From Chiloscyllium plagiosum (lineage: Eukaryota), in assembly GCF_004010195.1 (NCBI RefSeq), contig NC_057719.1, positions 74,422,965 through 74,486,964 on the forward strand: a stretch of 64,000 nt of DNA, written 5' to 3'. Below the pieces are notes generated by a model. It was given only the letters and a program-made list of their open reading frames with translations, was not told the origin of the DNA and searched no databases. Position 1 is the first letter of the stretch. Each line of letters opens with the position of its first letter. Made by a program: the position numbers and the translations under genes. Of this stretch, positions 13,901-26,329 are shown piece after piece.

Positions 13901-15360
13901 AAAGTGAAAGGAGAAGCTGGAAGTAGAGTTTTGCACAGAAGTTGTTGAGCTCAGCCATGTCATTACCAGACATAGTGGCTTTTAAAAAGAGAAGTGGCTA
14001 AAACCTAATTATCCAAAAAAAATGAAGGGGCAGATCAGGAATTTTTTTTAAATTATCGTAATGGTTGCTAAAATGGAAACTCCATATGAGAACAAGTGAT
14101 AAGAGGTGAATTCATAAGAGCTTTTAGTTTGAAAGCAATAGGTTAAAATGATGTATGGGGTGGGGTGGAAGATTGGACATCATACACACATTCACATAAG
14201 CATGCGAATTAGGAGCATGCGTGGATTACCCTGCTCCTTGGGTCTACTCCACTATCCAACAAGATTGTTGCTGATCTATTACTTTATGCTTCTGCACACC
14301 AGATGGGCATGATGAACTTTTACTTACTTGCTTATCAAGAATCTACCTACCTCTGTCTTATAAATATTTAAGGACACTCTTCCTCAAAAGGTGATGGAGT
14401 CAGAGTTCCATAGTCTCCTGCCGTGCTGTGTTTACGTGGTGTGTCTTAACGTTAAATTGAATGCTTCATGCTTTTGCTGCTTCATGGCTACAGTATAGAG
14501 GCACATGGATTACTGGAATATCATAAATTTAAATCTAAACACTTATTAAGCAGAATCATGTCAGTAAAGAGAATGCACTGAACCTGTGAATAGTTTTGGC
14601 TCTCTCATCTAAGGAAGGATGTTGGCAGCAATCCAGAGAAGATTGACAAGGTTGATCCCACATCTGGAGGGCTTTTCTTATGTGGAGAGATTGAGTGGGT
14701 TGGGCTTGTATCCAGTGAAATTTGGAAAAATGAGAGGAGATCTTATTGAATCATATAGGATTCTTAGGGTAGGGGCTTGATAGAGAATCTACTGAGAGGT
14801 TGTTTCTCCTTGCAAGAGAATCTAGGACCAGTAACCCTAATCTTCGAGTAAGCTGATCAAGGTTTAAGAGGAAAAGGCAGGAAAGTGGAAATGAAGATTG
14901 TTGATCTTGCTGAATGGCAGAGCAGACTTGATGGCCAACTTGCTGTTCCTCCCTTTTTTGAAATGCTTTGTTTGCAGCGGCGGGGAGAGGGTGTCAGTCT
15001 TGGTCAGATGCACGCGTTAGAAGGGTGACTGTATGCGAGGGGGTTGAGTGGAAGTCTGAGAACAGACCTCTTGCTCTTTCCCTTTCTTGACTGCAAAATA
15101 AACATAGCGGAGGTTGTCACTGCATTAAATTGATGAATGAAGCTTTGTTATTGTTGAAGGTTAGGAAAAATGTTTAATGAAAAATACATTCACTGAGCGC
15201 TAATTTGTTGTTGTGTTGACTCATTTCCCTCCACTTTTCTACCGTCTGCTCATATTCATGTCTCGTGTTTAAATTAATTTTGAAGATTCTCACAATTTTG
15301 CAGTCGTTTTATGGCTGAAAGCCTTTCTAAAAGTAAATTTTCCAACCAGTCAAAAGTCTA

Positions 15361-15685
15361 TTAGATTTTTTTTAGATTACTTACAGTGTGGAAACAGGCC
15401 CTTCAGCCTAACAAGTCCACACTGACCCTCCAAAGAGCAACCCACCCAGACCCATTTCCCTACATTTACCCCTTCACCTAACACAACGGGCAATTTAGCA
15501 TGGCCAATTCACCTAACCTGCACATTTTTGGACTGTGGGAGGAAACCGGAGCACCCGGAGGAAACCCACACACATACGGAGAGAATGTGCAAACTCCACA
15601 CAGACAGTTGCCTAAGGAGGGAATTGAACCCAGGTCTCTGGCGCTGTGAGGCAGCAGTGCTAATCACTGTGCCACCGTGTCACCC
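15361..15685 (-). mobile_element. HE1-type SINE, full length
   Basis: Reverse complement of the 7121-7457 copy. Confidence 0.9.
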
Positions 15686-17435
15686 TGCTCTCTGAAACAT
15701 GGGGCGACTTGAGTCACAGTCATTGCTAGTGCTTTAGCCAGACTTTCAGAGCTGACTTGATAGTAACGTGGACTGAGCATTGAGTGAATCATATGCACTG
15801 TGGTGTTCTGTTCACATTATACTACACTAAAGCAAAAGTAATACTGCGGTTAAAATAAATCGGAAATAATAAATTGGAAACGCTTAAGAGGTTAATAATT
15901 TTTGCTTATTGTAGATTGTTTTATTACTGCTTTTCAAACTGCAAGTTACCATTGCCATTCATCTTATGATATGCCTCTGGTTTACATCTCTATAAAGTGC
16001 CTTAGGCTATTCCTTCTGCCGTTGGTAGTTTGTGATGTTTCCTCCCTTTGACATGGAAATTGCCAGCTGTTCACTGTACCAGTGGGAAAACATCAGTTCA
16101 ATATACTTTAATGTGGGAAGTTGTAATGATGAGGACTAAACAAAATGCATTTAATCCTTAATATTGTTGAGCCTCCTTTTCTCTTTGAAACAAAAGGATA
16201 GTATACTCTGAATATACTGGTGTTACAGCACTGCTAGAAATAATGTTTGCTTCATGCTATTTCTGCTCCAGGTAAAAGTAGATGAAAACTTAAAAGCTTT
16301 TCTCTCCTTGGTAATAAACTAAGATTGTTTCTCACATTTGGGCACTATTCATAAATTGTAAAATTTACCTACAATGATGGCACCAATTCAAGTTTTAAAT
16401 TTAAGTGGATTCAGCAAAGGTTTGATTTTCTCTTTTCAACAAGTGCAAGTAGACAATGCTTAGTTGAATTTTGAGCATGTCCTGATATAATTACTTCATA
16501 GACAGTGCTAAAAACAAAGAGGTATAGCATCAACAATCCATAAGTGGTGAATAGAAAATAGTTTGGGAAGCTATTCTCTGTAATTCTCTAGACCCATTAG
16601 ATAATGGGTTTAAGTAAACACTTTTAAAAGGGAAGAACAAATCAGAAATTGCATTGTGTACATTTGTTCATCTATTGTATGTAAAAGTACCCCGTAAGTT
16701 TTTATCGAGGTGTAATCAGGCATAACAAGGAAGATGCTGTTAGATTGAGTGGCTAAATCTTTGCTGACAAATGCGGGTTTTAAAAAGGGTCTTAAAGACC
16801 TTAGACAGTGGGCTCTAGGAAAGGAGATAGGACTTGACCAATAGATGGTGCAACCACTATGAGTCAGAGAAAGCAATGGCTACGGTTGATGTAGAGGTTT
16901 CTTTGTAACAGGCTAGTTTTGGAGAAAAGAAAATTTCTAGTAAGTTCTGAGGGGTGAGACCATGAGGAGATTAAACACAATTGTGAGAACTTTGAATCAA
17001 AGGTGTTAAGATCTGATGGAAAGGAAGAGAGTAGCTGAAGTAAGCATCGGTTCCTTAGTGAAACTAGAGAAAATTTAAAATGGGCAACCAGGAAATGACA
17101 GAGAATTTGAACAAATATTGTGTACCCATCCTCAATAGTAGAAGGTACAGCATAGGACAAGAGTAGAAGAAAAACAAGAGGCAAGGTGGAGTGAGAGCTC
17201 AGGGGCACAGTTTATCAATAACGGACTTCCTATTGAGATGATGAGGTGGAATTTCAGAGAGCACTTGAGGCTGGGATATTTGTTTTATTTAACATTGAGT
17301 AAGAAACATTTAGAATCAACACGGAAGGGTTATGGGAGACGGACAGAAGCAGAGCTCAAGTCACCATTAGATTAGCCTTGACTTTATTGAAAGATAGAGC
17401 ATGTGTGATGGGTTGAATGGCTACTCCTACTCTTA

Positions 17436-17584
17436 CAGGTTGTTCTGATATATAATGTGTGTTTGATTGACACAAATTCACTGTAACGTGATTGATGAGT
17501 TGGGGGCGCTGTTTCTAAAACCTGATTTCTCTATAACACGGGTTGCACAAGAAAACAACCATCGCATTATGAAAGAGCTACCTG
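17436..17584. mobile_element. Tigger-like MITE, 149 bp
   Basis: TA|caggttgttct...taatg ... cattat...agagctacctg|TA imperfect TIRs. Confidence 0.6.
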
Positions 17585-18169
17585 TACTTCTAATGATCTT
17601 AGGATCTTTTTTTAGAATGCCTAACGCAAGTGTGAGAATTGGTAATAAAAATGTAACTGAGTCATAAAACATGCCACAAGTAGTGTTAAAACACTAGTGA
17701 CCATTTTCAAACCATTCTATTTAAAAGTATAGGTTGATGGACTAAGGTGAAAAGTGAAATTCAATATTGTCGACAGTTAAGCAATGCACTCGTTTTGTAA
17801 ATTTTTTTTAAGATACAGTAAATCATTACAAATTTGTAGAACACACTTGAAGACACTTAAGGTGTTTCTTAGGTTCTTATATAATCTGTATCCTCTGTCA
17901 GTGCTTTCCAAAATATTTGCCAACATTACTGCATTTTAACACATGCATGTGCGCACACACTGAATCAGCTCTTCTTCCTACTGCTAATATCATTACATTT
18001 TATTTGTAGCTGAAAATGGCAGGGATAATCATTTGTGTCTCCTGTTGTCTGCCTGTTTTAATACATGGCTAACTGGAAATGTGCTTCAATAGTGCTAATT
18101 GTTCTTACAAAAAGTTATGTTTGATGGTATTGTAACCAAATTTAAACTTTGGTTTGTGGCCAAACTTGT

Positions 18170-18237
18170 GGCCATACCAGCCTTTCGTCTGATCTCAGAA
18201 GCTTAAAATAAGAATGAACTTGGATGGGAGAAACTGG
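18170..18237 (+). pseudogene. 5S rRNA-derived fragment (pseudogene or SINE3 head)
   Basis: ggccatacca...tcgtctgatctcagaagct...acttggatgggaga are collinear 5S blocks with internal deletions. Confidence 0.7.
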
Positions 18238-18429
18238 TTTGTGACTGTTGTTTAGTCACTTACCATGACTGTGCTCTGCTAAGGATCCAAAAATGTTTCT
18301 CATTTAATGCTTACTGTTTAAATTCCACCGCCCAATACTCATCGCAATAATTAAAAATGGCACTAAAACTACAATTCTGATCTTGTTTTCTTCTTCTTAA
18401 ACAACTTCAGCAATGGCTTTGGCAAGGAA

Positions 18430-19400
18430 CAAGGAAACCATCGAGCCTATCCTGCCATTCAATGTGATAATGGCTGATTGAATACTTCAATGCCTTATTC
18501 ACCCTGTCCTGATATCTCTATGTCACTGGTAATCTGAAATCTATCAAACTCAACATTATCATCCTCAAAGACTGAGCTTCCACACCCCTCAATGGTAGAC
18601 AATTCCAAAGTTTCACAATCCTAGAATAAAAATGTTTCTCTTCATCTCAGACATTTTTAAAATGTATTTATGGGAGATGGGCATAGCTGGCTGGGTCAGC
18701 AATTATTGCCCAGAGGGCAGTTGAGAGTCAACCACATTGCTGTGGGTCTGGAGTCACAAATAGGCTAGACCAGGTAAGGATGGCAGTTTCCTTCCCTGAA
18801 GGACATTAGTGAAACAGATGCGTTTTTCCAACAATCAACAATGGATTCATGGTTATCATTAGACTCTTAATTCAAGATGTTTATTGAATTCAAATTTCAT
18901 CATCTGCTGTGGCAGGATTTCAACATGAGTACCCAGTAACATAAGTGGCATCCCCTTTATTTTTTAAATTGTGTGCCTTGGTCTCAGTTCCCCAATCAGG
19001 GGAAATATCTTAGCTGCACCTGCCCTTTCTATCCCTTTTAAGTATTTTGTAAGTTTCAAATGACATAATCTCTCATTCTTTGAAACTCTAGAGAACAGAA
19101 GCCCAGTTTCACGGGGCAGCCCCAACATCCCAGGAACAAATCCGGTGAATCTTTGCTGCACTTCACCTATGGCAATAATCTGTTTTCTGAGATGCGAAGA
19201 CCAGAACTGTACACCGTACTCCAGGTCTAACCCAGCTCCTAGAAGGAAAACTCCACTACGCCTATGCTCAAATTCCCTTGCAATAAACGCTAACATTTCC
19301 ATTAGCCTTCCTAAAGTCTTGCTGCATCTGCATGTTACCCTTCACTGAAGTATCAACAAGAATGCCGGGGTTCCTTTATATATCTACACTTTCCAACCTC
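18430..19400 (-). mobile_element. CR1 3' fragment interrupted by a SINE
   Basis: Minus ORF 18964-19302: LEYGVQFWSSHLRK...EVQQRFT. Confidence 0.8.
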
Positions 19401-19912
19401 ATCCATTTATGTTTCATGTTTTTGTTTTGGCTGTAGAATGCAATTAATGTGAAAATTCCTTCTATACACTAAAAAAAATCCATTTGTGATAGGACATTGA
19501 TTTGGAAAGTTAGTTCTATAAATCACATTTATACCTTACAGCTTCAGAAATTAGGGTTGGAATGAGGTGAAATAGGATTTGTAAAATTCGTAATTGGGTA
19601 ATGCAATGCAGTGTGTATAGATTTCAATGGTGCATTGCTTTAACTAACTTGATTTTTAATTTTTAAGAATAGTATCGCTTTTTTTTGGTATTTAGTGTTG
19701 AGGAAACAACAGAGCTAAGCCAATAACATTTCAGTTTTTGTTCATTGTTGATTTTTGATCAATGAAAACAGTTTAATTGTTTCAATTGTGAAACTTCCAC
19801 TTAAAAGAGTGCGAATAGCCAACTATGTATATGTAGAAAATATGGGAAAAGGAAACTGAAAATGCTTCTTAAGGGGTGAAGAATTTAAGTTATGTAACTT
19901 GTAAGCCACAGA

Positions 19913-20432
19913 GTCAAAAGGTATGACACTGGAAAACACAGCAGGTCAGGCAGCATCCGAGGAGCAGGAGAGTTGATATTTTGGGCATAAGCCCTTCATC
20001 AGGAATGGGAGGGGGTGGCCAAAGGGAGCTGAGAGATAAATAGGAGGGGAGTGGGGCTGGGGGAAGGTAGCTTGGAAGGTGATAGGTCGGTGAGGGTGGG
20101 GCTGATGGTGATAGGTCGGAGTGGAGGGTGGAGCAGAGAGGTGGGAAGGAAGATGGATAGGTAGGACAGTTCAAGAGGGCCGTGCCAAATTGGAGGGTTG
20201 GATCTGGGATAAGGTCAAGGAGGGGAGATGAGGAAACTGGTGAAATTGACATTGATGCAGAGTTAACTCCCCCCTATTTACCTTTCAGCCCCCTTGGGCC
20301 CCCAATGAAGGGCTTATGCCTGAAACGTCAAGTCTCCTGTTGCTCGGATGCTGCCTGACCACCTCTACTTTTTCAGCAGTACACATTTTGATTCTGATCT
20401 CCAGCATCTGCAGTCCTAATTTTCTCCCAGTC
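19913..20432. mobile_element. PLE family A element: two oppositely oriented terminal repeats, 15-bp target-site duplication
   Basis: Minus copy 19914-20250 and plus copy ~20270-20430; flanks cttgtaagccacaga (19898-19912) and cttataagccacaga (20433-20447). Confidence 0.85.
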
Positions 20433-20576
20433 CTTATAAGCCACAGAAACAGACCTAACTAGTCTGTTGTATATCATCTCTGATTCATCTACGTTAAAGT
20501 TTGTTTGTGATTTCCCCATCTGCAAGTTTTCTTAAATTAATCTTTACAAAATAAGAATCTTTTTCTCTCGTTACAG

Positions 20577-20643
20577 TTTGTTCTGTCTGGCTCTGATGAC
20601 TTTAATCTGTACATGTGGCGCATTCCTTCCAGTTTGGAGACAG
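20577..20643 (+). CDS. DCAF5: DCAF5/WDR22 internal coding exon (67 nt, WD40 region), FVLSGSDDFNLYMWRIPSSLET(G)
   Basis: Acceptor tttttctctcgttacag and donor gtgagt; phase 0 in, phase 1 out; the peptide matches the SGSDDFNLYMWRIP motif I recall from vertebrate DCAF5. Too short for the ORF track. Confidence 0.95.
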
Positions 20644-21580
20644 GTGAGTTATAATTTAACCTAATGTGATTTACTTAGATTTGTTTTTATATCTAATTTT
20701 GTGGTAAATAAAGAATATATGATAGCTCTTTTAGAAGAGACACTCAGTCTGAGTTTATATAGACATTTTCCCAATACGTAATTAGGAGAATGAATTTGTT
20801 TTGTTTTTAAACTTGTCTGCAATGTTTTTTTTAATAGAAGCCTGGACTAATGAGGTGAGTGTCCTTGATCTTCCTGCTGTAAAAGTCTGCCTAGAAGTGG
20901 ATTTAATCAGTCTCCTAGTGGTGTTGTACAAAACATTTCATTGTTTAATGTTTACTTGGCAGTCTCTTTCCAGCTATGGGAATCATTATTAAAAACGTGA
21001 CAGTCTTAACAGGAGCTCTAAGTTTTGAGTTAGGGACTCTTTGTGTGTGGTTTTGAGTGAGCAAATTCTGAACTTGTACTTTATAGCAATGTTTGAAAAA
21101 GTTAATTTATTGTGACTGGGTTTTTTTCCATTCTCTAATCTATTTTAAGCATTCCTGTACTCCTCTTCAAAAAGCAAAATGTGTTAAGTGTCCTGAAAGG
21201 AGCTCAATTTTGGAAACTCTGCCCAGGTTGAGTGCAGAACCTGAACCAGCTTAGGAGAGCAGAACAACTTCATGGTCAACTTGAAACGAGAAATGGGATA
21301 CAAATATTGGAATTCAGTTAATACGCAGCAAATGTTCAGGGAGTTAGTCCTCAGACATATATTACAGCCGGTCTGGCAGCATCTGTGGGGAGAGAAATAG
21401 AGTTAACATTTTGAGTCTGGGATGATGTTCTGAGGAAGTTTCTCCAGCATTTCATGTTTGTTTCAGATTTCCAGCATCTGTAGTATTTTGCCTTTATGCA
21501 TTTCTGTTTAGATGGTTCTGCTTCTTTTGAAGATAAACTGGTACAAAAGGTAGACTAAAAATGATATTTTGGTTGTCATA

Positions 21581-22524
21581 ATGTTGGACTGGGATGGACA
21601 AAGTTAAAAATCACACAGTGCCAGGTTACAGTCCCAACAGGCTTATTTGGAAGCACTAGCTTTTGGAGCACTGCTCCGTCATCAGGTAATTCTGGAGTAG
21701 GGCCATAAGACACAGAGTTTATAGCAAAAGATTACAGTGTCATGCAACTGAAATGAGATATTGAACAAACCTATACTGTCGTTAAACCTTTCATCTTTTC
21801 GAATGGGTTGCAGGTTTTGGTTCATTAATATATAAATCCCAGAACTTCTTTTAAGTCACATTCTCGAGATAACTCGAGGTTTTATAAAAAAAAAAGGTGA
21901 CATCCTAGCTCTGACAATGCATTAAAAGTGTGAGGTTAGAATCTGTCTGTATCCCAATCTTGTGTAAGACTGGTTCTATTTCCGAAGTAGAATTTACAAA
22001 ATATTACATAGATTGACTGCCTGCAGATTGTGGGCAAAATAGAATGTATTTACAAATATAATTCTGCAAATAAAAATTCACCCCATAGACTTTTGTGTGT
22101 GTGCATGAGAGAGTGTGTATGTGAGTGCACGTAAAAATGTGTTTGCATGTGTGCAAGCTTGGTAAAGTCAGAGTGTGATGGAGTATAAGCCTGAGAGATG
22201 GTGTGTGCGTGGGTGAGAGTGTGGAGTGTGTATGTGTGTGTGTATGAGAGGGACCATAACTATGAGAGAGGGTCTGCGTGAGTGAGAGTATGGAAGAGTG
22301 TGTGTGTGCGCATGAGAGAGAGTGTATAGTGTAGTGGGGTCACCTGTAGTGTGACATGAACCCAAGGTCCCAGTTGAGACCATCCTCATGGGTACTGAAC
22401 TTGGCTATCAGCCTCTGCTCAGCCACTTTGTGTTGTTGCCTATCCTGAAGTCCGCCTTGGAGGATGGTCACTCGAAGATCCGATGCCAAATGTTCCTGAC
22501 GGCTGAAGTGTTTCCCAGTCATGT

Positions 22525-22567
<43 letters not shown>

Positions 22568-23063
22568 CATGCACACACAAAGATACGTTTATGGGGTGAA
22601 ATTGTATTTGCAGATACATGCTATTTTGCTCAAAAAATGTACAATCTGCAGGCAGTCAATCCATGTAATATTTTGTAAATTCCACTTCGGAAATAGAACC
22701 AGTCTGACTCAAGATTAGGATACAGACAGGCTCTAACCTCACACCTTTAATGCATCATCTGAGCTGAGATGTCACCTTTTTTTATAAAACCTTGTTATCT
22801 CAAGAATGTGACGTAAAAGAAGTTCTGGGATTTACATACTAATGAACCGAAACCTGCAACCCATTCAAAAAGATGAAAGACTTAATAGCAGTCTAGGTTT
22901 GTTCAATGTATCATTTTAGTTGTGTGACACTGTAATCTTTTGCCATAAATTGTATCTTATGGTCCTGCTCTACAGCTACCTGATGAAGGCGCAGCGCTCC
23001 AAAAACTTGTGCTTCCAATTAATCCTGTTGGACTATAACCTGGTGTTGTGTGATTTTTAACTT
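21581..23063 (-). mobile_element. Penelope-like retroelement 3' end (family B): GIY-YIG endonuclease C-terminal remnant plus inverted ~500-bp pseudo-LTR
   Basis: Minus ORF 22340-22576 contains HFSRQEHLASDLRVTILQGG...EQRLIAKFSTHEDGLN (PLE endonuclease C-terminal pattern). 21601-22113 is inverted at ~22560-23063. ttgtcata flanks both ends (21573-21580, 23066-23073). Confidence 0.88.
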
Positions 23064-23632
23064 AATTGTCATACAAGGTGTTCACAAATAAATAAAAATT
23101 ATCAATCAAAATTATATTTCAGTAACTTCTGAGTAGAGCCTTATTATCCTGCTCAACAACTCACGTGTGGCAGCAACAAAAACAAATTGTTGGGAAAACT
23201 CAGCAGGTCCAGCAGCATTTGTGGAGAGAAAGCAGAGCTAACTTTCGGGTCCAGTGACACACTTTCACAGTTGTTCTGCAGTTTCTGTTTTTGTTTCTGA
23301 TTTCCAGCATCTGCAGGTCTTCCTTTTGTTTCTGTTTGGAATTCATATGTATTCCACATAAAGCAAACTTGAAAATGCTGTCTGCTTGACACCCTGATGG
23401 GTGATGGCAAAGACCGTTGCCTAGATATGTGCAGCTACTTGCTTTATTGATTACTCTTGATTGCTTCTGTCAGCTTTTTAAGCTATTTTTCTAATCAACC
23501 TGTTCACAAATGTTATTACACATCTGGAGCAGGTGGGACTTGAATCTGAGTCTCCTGGTCCATGAGTAGGGACACCCGCTGCACCACAAGAGTCCCTTCT
23601 ATCAACTTTTTAACTTGCATCCTTTAATATAA

Positions 23633-23874
23633 AGTTAAAAATCGCACAACACCAGGTTATAGTCCAACAGGTTTATTTGGAAGCACTAGCTTTCAGAGTA
23701 CTGCTCCTTCATCAGGTGGTTGTGGAGAATAAGATCGTAAGGCACAACCACCTGAGGAAGAAGCACTGCTCCAAAAGCTAGTGCCTCCAAATAAACCTGT
23801 TGGACCATAAATTGGCACGTGATTTTTAACTTTTGTGCACCCCAGTCCAACACTGGCATCTCCAAGTCATGGCT
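23633..23874. mobile_element. ORF-less palindromic mini-PLE (family B) with two hammerhead motifs and a 13-bp target-site duplication
   Basis: Arms ~23631-23724 and ~23743-23833; tcctttaatataa at 23620-23632 and 23875-23887; arms match the termini of the 21581-23063 element. Confidence 0.88.
23684..23718 (-). ncRNA. Minimal type-I hammerhead ribozyme motif, core intact (family B)
   Basis: Minus strand: cac-CTGATGA-a-ggag(cagta)ctct-GAAAG-CTA-gtg; helix I cac/gtg; helix III reduced to the palindrome AGCT. Activity is untested. Confidence 0.75.
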
Positions 23875-25560
23875 TCCTTTAATATAAGTGTTGGTGTACC
23901 AATTAAGCCTTGCCTTAATGGTAGCTTCACATTAAGATGGTTAGGGATCCAAGTCTCATTCCAGGCATATATGTAGATAATTCAGCCCACACATCAGTGC
24001 AGTACTTGAAGATACATTTCCAATGAGATGTTAATTCTCTGTCTCACCTGTTGTTTATCTGTTGGGTGTGGGACTTGGTTGCACACAATTCAACTGACCC
24101 ATTTCGTATGTAACAGGAGATTTATTCTGAGATCTTGAAAGGTGCTCTATAACTGTAATTTATTTTTCTGTTTCATTGCGTTGTTGCAATAGGTTTTGGT
24201 ATTTCCTACACTCCCACATAGGAAAAATACATACAGATCTGAAAAACCATTATGAATGATTATTTTAAAACAATTCCAATCCTGGTGAGCAGCATTCTAA
24301 ATGAGTATTTAATATATAAATTCCGTTGTTATCTGACAGCAGTCTACATAGTTCCTTGATGTTTTTAAAACTGATTTAGATTGTTGTAAATTCAAGTCGA
24401 CATCAACAATTGCTCTCTAGGTATTCTGAGTTTTAAGGTATCTCACTGAAACATATTTTGCTTGCTTCTAACTGCAATTGTAACTTCTGCCAGTAGCAGT
24501 GTCACATTGCTATTGAGGTTCTGTTTGCCATCCTAAAGCAGTTCTGTGGTGTGAACATTTAATTTTCTAACTATTTATTTCAGATGTGCAGAGAGAGAAA
24601 TGTGTAATGATTTGCAGGCTTGTTTGATGTAGCCTTGACTTTTGAAGTATCGGTTTGCAGAAACTGACTATGTTAGATTTTACTTCTATGTTACTTCTAC
24701 TGACTATGTTAGATTTTAAGCATTAGCTTTTTGAAAATTATTATTTAACGGGGATTATCACTATAATTTTAAATACCAGCTGGTAAGAAAAGTTGGTAAT
24801 TGGATATTTTTGCTCAAGCCTAGCATCCCATAATTTGACTGGAGTGTACTGTTTCAGCCTGCCCTCGGGTTCAGCTGGATTGTAATGGTGGGAGGGGGAA
24901 GCTGTGTTAACAAGAAACAAAGTTATTAATGTGCAAGTCAGCCAGTCCCTTCAGGGGTATGAGGTACAGCATGAATTCTGAATCTCCAGAACATGCTGAT
25001 TGATTTTATGACATTCTGCTGTTGCTTTGCACTGGATGTATGTCACCCATATCCTCCCCTTTATTTTTAAGTATTTGCTGGATTTGCATGTTACTTACAT
25101 TTTAAACTCACCATAGAGAGTTAAGTGAAGTAATTTAAAAAGCAACAAAGTATTTGCTGATGATTGTCATGTGATGGCATTAGAGGGGGGACAGTTTAAG
25201 CTTTGGGGACTCTTCAGGTGCTAAATTGATAACATTGTTTCCCTTTTATGTTTTTATGTGATCTTAATCTAATCTTCCTTTCTCTCCATTCTCCTCTTCT
25301 ACCTGATTTGGTTATTTTTCTCCCATCTTAGTCATTCCACTGTTTCAATCTTGACCCTGAAATTTCATCAGTTAAGGAGATGCTCTTCCAGCAAGTTATG
25401 TTGCAAAATATTTTTAAGCTGAAGGGTCTGGAGCAAGTGGTTCCTGGGATAATTATGTAAATTGTTCACCTGGCTCAAGATCTGGCCTATTTTGCTCGGT
25501 TTTATGTCTTGCGACTGTTCGTTGTCTCTCTCATGGCCTTTGAATAAGTAAAAAAAAATG

Positions 25561-25857
25561 CAGGTACCCAATCCTTTACCTGAAAGCCGAAATTCCGAAA
25601 TACGATATACTTTTCGTGGAGTGTCAATTTGGCGTGCGAACAGGTGACCCAACTTCACACCACTCGAACCATGTCCCTCAGCTGTAATGTGGCAGTGTGG
25701 CCTAGCACTAGCAGATATCAATTGTGTCTCAGCGCTTGTACTATTCACATATGCATCTGCTGTTAGGTTTTTCTTATTTCGCTGTGAAAATGTCATTTAT
25801 TCCAAAAACTGAAAAGCAACTGGCCCCAAAGATTTCGCAGAAAGGATTGTGTACCTG
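25561..25857. mobile_element. Tigger-like MITE, 297 bp
   Basis: TIRs caggtacccaatccttt / aaaggattgtgtacctg; TA on the right, TG on the left. Confidence 0.75.
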
Positions 25858-26329
25858 TATCTTGTGTAGAATCTTTTGTAGAGATGTGTTTTCTCCCAAC
25901 TTTGTCTACTACTAATTTCAATACCCACAAATATAACAGAACTGTTTATGTAAACTTGTCTGATACTTTACTGCCAGCAGAGTTAATATAACCTGAATAA
26001 TCTGAATAGTAGCAATCATCATCAGATTACTGCTCCACCTGAGTACTTGATAATGATTTGCATTTCTTCAATCACCTAAGCTTGGCCTTATCAGAAATGC
26101 AGAGCGCAGCATCCTCCAGTGAGCTCCGTGCCAGTGGATTAAAATTGGGGAAAGATCCAACAAGTTTCCTTTTTATGACATAAGGTGTCCAATAAGTTTT
26201 AAATGTCCAGTTTGAATGTTTATGATTGGATGGATGAATGGCTGGGATGGAAGATGGTAGGTGTGTAAGGTTAATGGTGATGAGGTGGAAGTCTAGGTTT
26301 TAATCTGGGTAAATACTTTAATATTGTCC

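Noticed and set aside
1..20576. Further upstream DCAF5 exons
   Set aside because: No WD40-like peptide with splice sites found by eye; the preceding exon probably lies before the window, though a tiny exon could be missed.
24663..24718. 20-bp direct repeat with spacer (CRISPR-like)
   Set aside because: Only two units in a vertebrate intron; ordinary slippage duplication. No CRISPR or prokaryotic features are present.
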